DNA of 64,000 bases from Bdellovibrionota bacterium (lineage in GTDB: Bacteria; Bdellovibrionota_C; UBA2361; JAAYZI01), in assembly GCA_050950765.1 (NCBI GenBank), contig JBMNIF010000003.1:480001-544000 (forward strand), given 5' to 3'. Positions 60,295-64,000 of the stretch are shown here, one piece after another. Numbering within the stretch: position 1 is the first letter of the stretch; every line of letters begins with the position of its first letter. The position numbers and the translations under genes were made by a program. The notes under the pieces are model-generated. The model was not told where the DNA came from, did not search any database, and saw nothing but the letters and a program-made list of their open reading frames with translations.

Positions 60295-61131
60295 ATGAAC
60301 GCTAATATACGTTGTCTCCTTAAAGCTTGTGAAGATCTCACCATCCCTTATCAGATTATGCACCCAACAAAAAATTTAGTGCTAGTTAACCAGCAGCATC
60401 TTTTTACCAACTGGGCAACTCCTTTAATCTCACACGCAATTGCACGCCTGCTCACTGATAAAGACTACACTCAAGCTATCTTCGGCGATGTCATAACCAT
60501 GCCGAAAACAAAACCTTATCTAACTCCGCAAGTTGAAGATATCTATGCAGAACATCTGATATTTAAATCAATCTCCGCCATCGTAGAAGATATTGAAGAT
60601 AACTTTACATATCCATTAATAATCAAAAGAAATAGCGGCACACACGGTCAACACGTTTTTATAGCTTCAAACTCAAAAGAAGCTCAGCATGCCTTACAAA
60701 CAATTTTTAATGAAAAAGATAAGCATTGGGACTTTATTGCACTGGTTCAAGAATACATCAAACCTACGGCAGAGTTCCGCTTAATTGCCCTTGCAGGGCA
60801 ACTTGAATTAACTTACCTAAAAGATATCTCAAAAGCTGAATACCGTGACAACTTAAGTCCGTTACACTGGCAAAATAGTAGGAGCGTTTTAATTAAAGAT
60901 CCGAAACAACTTAACCGTTTCTCTGAATTCATATCTCCCATATTTTCAAAACTTCCTTTAGCGTATTGTGGATTGGACGTAATAGAAGATTGTACGGGAG
61001 GGCTTTATCTTATTGAGATTAACGGCTCTCCTGGCTTTGATCTCTTTACCCGTGATAATGGGGATGAGGCTGTTGTAGATCTCTATAAAAAGATCTTGAA
61101 GATCTTAACTAATATTAGCAGTCACCCCTAA
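60295..61131 (+). CDS. RimK-like ATP-grasp ligase
   Basis: YPLIIKRNSGTHG, LVQEYI and CGLDV...LIEINGSPGF. Confidence 0.88.
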   Translation: MNANIRCLLKACEDLTIPYQIMHPTKNLVLVNQQHLFTNWATPLISHAIARLLTDKDYTQAIFGDVITMPKTKPYLTPQVEDIYAEHLIFKSISAIVEDIEDNFTYPLIIKRNSGTHGQHVFIASNSKEAQHALQTIFNEKDKHWDFIALVQEYIKPTAEFRLIALAGQLELTYLKDISKAEYRDNLSPLHWQNSRSVLIKDPKQLNRFSEFISPIFSKLPLAYCGLDVIEDCTGGLYLIEINGSPGFDLFTRDNGDEAVVDLYKKILKILTNISSHP

Positions 61132-61417
61132 ACGACACTCCCTTAAGCACCGTAGCTATCTTAATTCACACTAAATACACCCCTTTTAATGAAACGTCGT
61201 TATTAAAATTCGGTGATAGCAGTTCGGATAAAAATCTCGCACTATATCTTAGGGGATACTCTCAAGGTTCTTAAAATGATAGTATCGGCGCTAATTATTT
61301 AGATACTGACGGGAAGCTTTAAAAAAGTTTTTATTTTTCTTTTAAAACATCCCGCTCCTTATATTCTGTAATACTAATTACATTAAACAGGGTGCTATAA
61401 AAACTAAAGGCATTATC

Positions 61418-62647
61418 ATGGCATACACAAAAACCACTACAAAAAGTTACTCTTCAAGGTTGGGAGATTCACTAAAAGGAATTTTATTTGGAATAATCCT
61501 CTTTATCGGTGGAACAGTATTACTTTTTTACAATGAGGGTCGTGCTGTTAAGACAGAAGCCGCTATCAGCGAAGCACAGGAAAATGTTGTTGAGGCTACT
61601 GATATTTCGAATATCGATCCAGCACTTAATGGAAAACTAATTCATGCTTCAGGTCGTGCAGAGACAAAAGATATCTTAACTGACCCCACATTTAACATTC
61701 AAACCACAGCTATTAAGTTACGACGCACACTCTATTACTATCAATGGGAAGAGGAGAGTCGTTCAGAGACTCGCGAAAACGCTGGTGGTAGTATGGAAAC
61801 AACAACAACGTATACTTATAAAAAAGTTTGGAGTGGAACCCCGATAGATTCAACCCAATTTGAAAATCCTAAATATCGCGATAGAAACTTTCAGTTGCTG
61901 AACTTAAAAAGTGAGGAGTGGCTTGCTCCACACGTTACCTTTGGAGCCTATACCCTTCCTACCTTTCTAAAGAATGCAATTTTAGGGGAAGATCCCGTAG
62001 CGGTAAGCATGACAGATCAGCAACGTCACGATTGGCAAACAAGATTAGCTAAAAGCTTCACAGCGCGACAAAGACCAGATGCTTCTTCTGAAAAAGAGGA
62101 CGCTCCTCAAAATGAAGTTCCTACACTGTTACACATCACTGACAACACGATCTACTTCGGTAAATCTGATGTCGATCCGCAAATTGGAGATATGAAAGTT
62201 ATCTTCACAAAAGTCGTTCCAGCACAGGTCTCAATTCTTGCTAATGTTTCAGGCACAACCTTTGAAAAATATCGTGCTCAAAACGGCGAAACTTTTTCGC
62301 GCCTTGAGATGGATACCGTTAGCGCAGAAGTTATGTTTAAAAATGCACATAGAGAGAATATGATACTTACATGGGTACTGCGCGCTGTTGGAACATTATT
62401 GATCGTTATAGGATTACGGGTAGCCTTTAGTATAGTCTCGATGATCTTCAAATGGTTCCCGTTACTTGGAAATATTATAGAAGCAGGTGTCGGTATCGTC
62501 TGCTTCGTCGGCGGCATCATCTGGTCGTTACTTGTTATCGCTTCAGCTTGGATCATTTACAGACCCGTCCTAGCTATTACTTTAATAGGTATCGCCATAG
62601 CAGCCCTGATCTGGCTTGCTTTACGCGGAAAAAAAGCATCCGCATAG
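61418..62647 (+). CDS. TMEM43 (DUF1625) family membrane protein
   Basis: LLFYNEGRAVK, NGKLIHASG, YQWEE, PQIGDMKV and ENMILTWVLR. Confidence 0.88.
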   Translation: MAYTKTTTKSYSSRLGDSLKGILFGIILFIGGTVLLFYNEGRAVKTEAAISEAQENVVEATDISNIDPALNGKLIHASGRAETKDILTDPTFNIQTTAIKLRRTLYYYQWEEESRSETRENAGGSMETTTTYTYKKVWSGTPIDSTQFENPKYRDRNFQLLNLKSEEWLAPHVTFGAYTLPTFLKNAILGEDPVAVSMTDQQRHDWQTRLAKSFTARQRPDASSEKEDAPQNEVPTLLHITDNTIYFGKSDVDPQIGDMKVIFTKVVPAQVSILANVSGTTFEKYRAQNGETFSRLEMDTVSAEVMFKNAHRENMILTWVLRAVGTLLIVIGLRVAFSIVSMIFKWFPLLGNIIEAGVGIVCFVGGIIWSLLVIASAWIIYRPVLAITLIGIAIAALIWLALRGKKASA

Positions 62648-62653
62648 CAAAAG

Positions 62654-62885
62654 CCCCGATCTAGATAATTTTACGGTCTTTGCCTCCGTAAAGATCTAGC
62701 TAATTTGCTTTTTAATAGCAGCCCGTCCTAGTATCCTTGAAGGGTGGCATTTTTTACCTCCGTACAGATCTAGCTGATTTATTTTTTAATATCAGCCCGT
62801 CCTAGTATCCTTGAAGGGTGGCATTTTTTACCTTCGTAAAGATCTAGCTGATCCTGTCTTCAGTTACAGCCCGTTCAACTGTCCC
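62654..62885 (+). repeat. Three tandem 74-bp repeat units, locus 8
   Basis: CAGCCCG anchors at 62719, 62793 and 62867; GAAGGGTGGCA ends at 62749 and 62823. Confidence 0.95.
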
Positions 62886-63638
62886 ATAATAAGGGACTCC
62901 TTTATTTATGATATGACTGATATTTTTCGGTCTCATTAATCGCCACTTCGGATCATAACTATTATTGTCATGATCTCTTGAAAGATAGCGATCTGCTTTA
63001 GGGATATTTTTTTTGCATGTTTCAAAAAACAGATCGGAAAGTCCAAAAGAATCATTGAATTGTTCTAAGATAAATCCAGTTTTTTGATACAAAAATCCGA
63101 TATTGTAATTTTCTAAAGCAAGCAATAATTTATCTTCATCTAAAGAGGGAACTAATACAAGGCAACGTAAAAATTCTTCCAACCCTCCGATTTGATCAAT
63201 TGTATCGATGCTGTCGATGACGGTTTGCTCTAAATTTGTAACAGTAACACCTCTCAATTTTTCTGTTTGTACATCGCCTTTAGGAGCTTTACGTCGATAA
63301 GTGATTCCGTCATATTCAAAATCTTTAAAGCGGCTTTGTGTCGTTATATAAACTTCATAAAATACTTGATTGGCATAACCGTATATCTCAAACGCACTGT
63401 GGTGAGAGACACAGGCATCGGGGAACAAACGACTTCCTATTTCATAACGTGATAAAAGCGGCTGTTTATTTTCGATACTGATGACGACATAAAAATTATG
63501 GCGTACACGCTCGATGTAACCTTTTTTTTGATATTGTTGTAAAATGGTAGCTGTTGAATTATCTTTGAGATTTAACGCACTTGAAAGCTCACCACGAGAA
63601 AAGCTTCCCAGATCGACCATTCTTTCATAGTATTTCAT
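62844..63638 (-). CDS. AbiEi-family (type IV toxin-antitoxin) antitoxin / transcriptional regulator, orphan
   Basis: wHTH-like KKGYIERVRHNFY; VSHHSAFEIYGYANQVFYEVY; VTNLEQTVIDSID...GGLEE; YQKTGFILE. The last codons lie in the repeat. Confidence 0.85.
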   Translation of the reverse strand: MKYYERMVDLGSFSRGELSSALNLKDNSTATILQQYQKKGYIERVRHNFYVVISIENKQPLLSRYEIGSRLFPDACVSHHSAFEIYGYANQVFYEVYITTQSRFKDFEYDGITYRRKAPKGDVQTEKLRGVTVTNLEQTVIDSIDTIDQIGGLEEFLRCLVLVPSLDEDKLLLALENYNIGFLYQKTGFILEQFNDSFGLSDLFFETCKKNIPKADRYLSRDHDNNSYDPKWRLMRPKNISHIINKGVPYYGTVERAVTEDRIS

Positions 63639-63737
63639 GAACAAGCCCCCCTTGTATTTTTTAATTCTTTTTTAATTTTAGCGCAATATGACTTAAAAAG
63701 AAATATTTTTATGCAAAAAATAAAAAAGGGTTGGCTG

Positions 63738-63830
63738 TTCCTGAAGGGTTACTCTAAATTCGCCAAGCTTTAAGCTTTTACTAATATCTTGATATTATTA
63801 GCTATTATGATTTTAGAGCTTGGGTCTCCT
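63738..63830 (+). repeat. IHF-module repeat, locus 9
   Basis: CCTGAAGGGT...TAAGCTTTTACTAATATCTTGATATTATTAGCTATTATGATTTTAGAGCTTGGGTCTCCT aligns with 1931-1968 and 17359-17420; IHF match at 63782-63794. Confidence 0.85.
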
Positions 63831-63832
63831 CC

Positions 63833-64000
63833 CTACTCATTAATAAATTCGTTTAGAAGTTGGTCTCTAATCTCTTTATACCTTTTGTCAGGGGTGGGGG
63901 TCGGTTGTAACGTTGTAGAGTCAAAAAGGTGCGGCTCCTCCTGCTCTATCCCTTGCCCCATCTCTTGCTCTACTTCCAACTCTGTTGCTGTATCACTATC
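63833..64000 (-). CDS. C-terminal end of an acidic protein (partial, unidentified)
   Basis: Open frame from the window edge: DSDTATELEVEQEMG...RYKEIRDQLLNEFINE*. Confidence 0.55.
   Translation of the reverse strand, partial: DSDTATELEVEQEMGQGIEQEEPHLFDSTTLQPTPTPDKRYKEIRDQLLNEFINE

Overview
AT-rich (roughly 38% GC by eye) core-chromosome segment of a diderm bacterium. Gene content (DUF1844, HDOD, YmdB, mutS-amidase pair) suggests a deltaproteobacterium-like or Bdellovibrionota-related lineage, which is an inference. It has about 50 CDS, including mreBC, rplS, mutS, dcd, rpsT, degP, thrS, hup, comM, rnhB, efp and many signalling genes. I found no rRNA, tRNA, CRISPR-cas, integrase or transposase. 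The most unusual feature is a modular intergenic repeat family at nine loci. It is built from a GGGTGGCACCA hairpin core (21 exact copies, all on the + strand, 16 in one 0.9-kb array), a TAGGAYACCCAC counter-arm, a 73-78-bp unit and spacers carrying perfect IHF consensus sites, reminiscent of REP/RIB/BIME or Correia elements. One copy sits exactly where an AbiEii toxin gene would start. Other highlights are an apparently catalytically dead ArgRS paralog in the ancestral argS-SPOR position, a Walker-A-less PilB/GspE-like protein fused to a receiver domain, a single-chain TamB-Omp85 fusion, an orphan VirD4-like coupling protein with an extra C-terminal domain next to the largest array, two Lys-rich histone-like proteins and an apparent excess of AGATCT.
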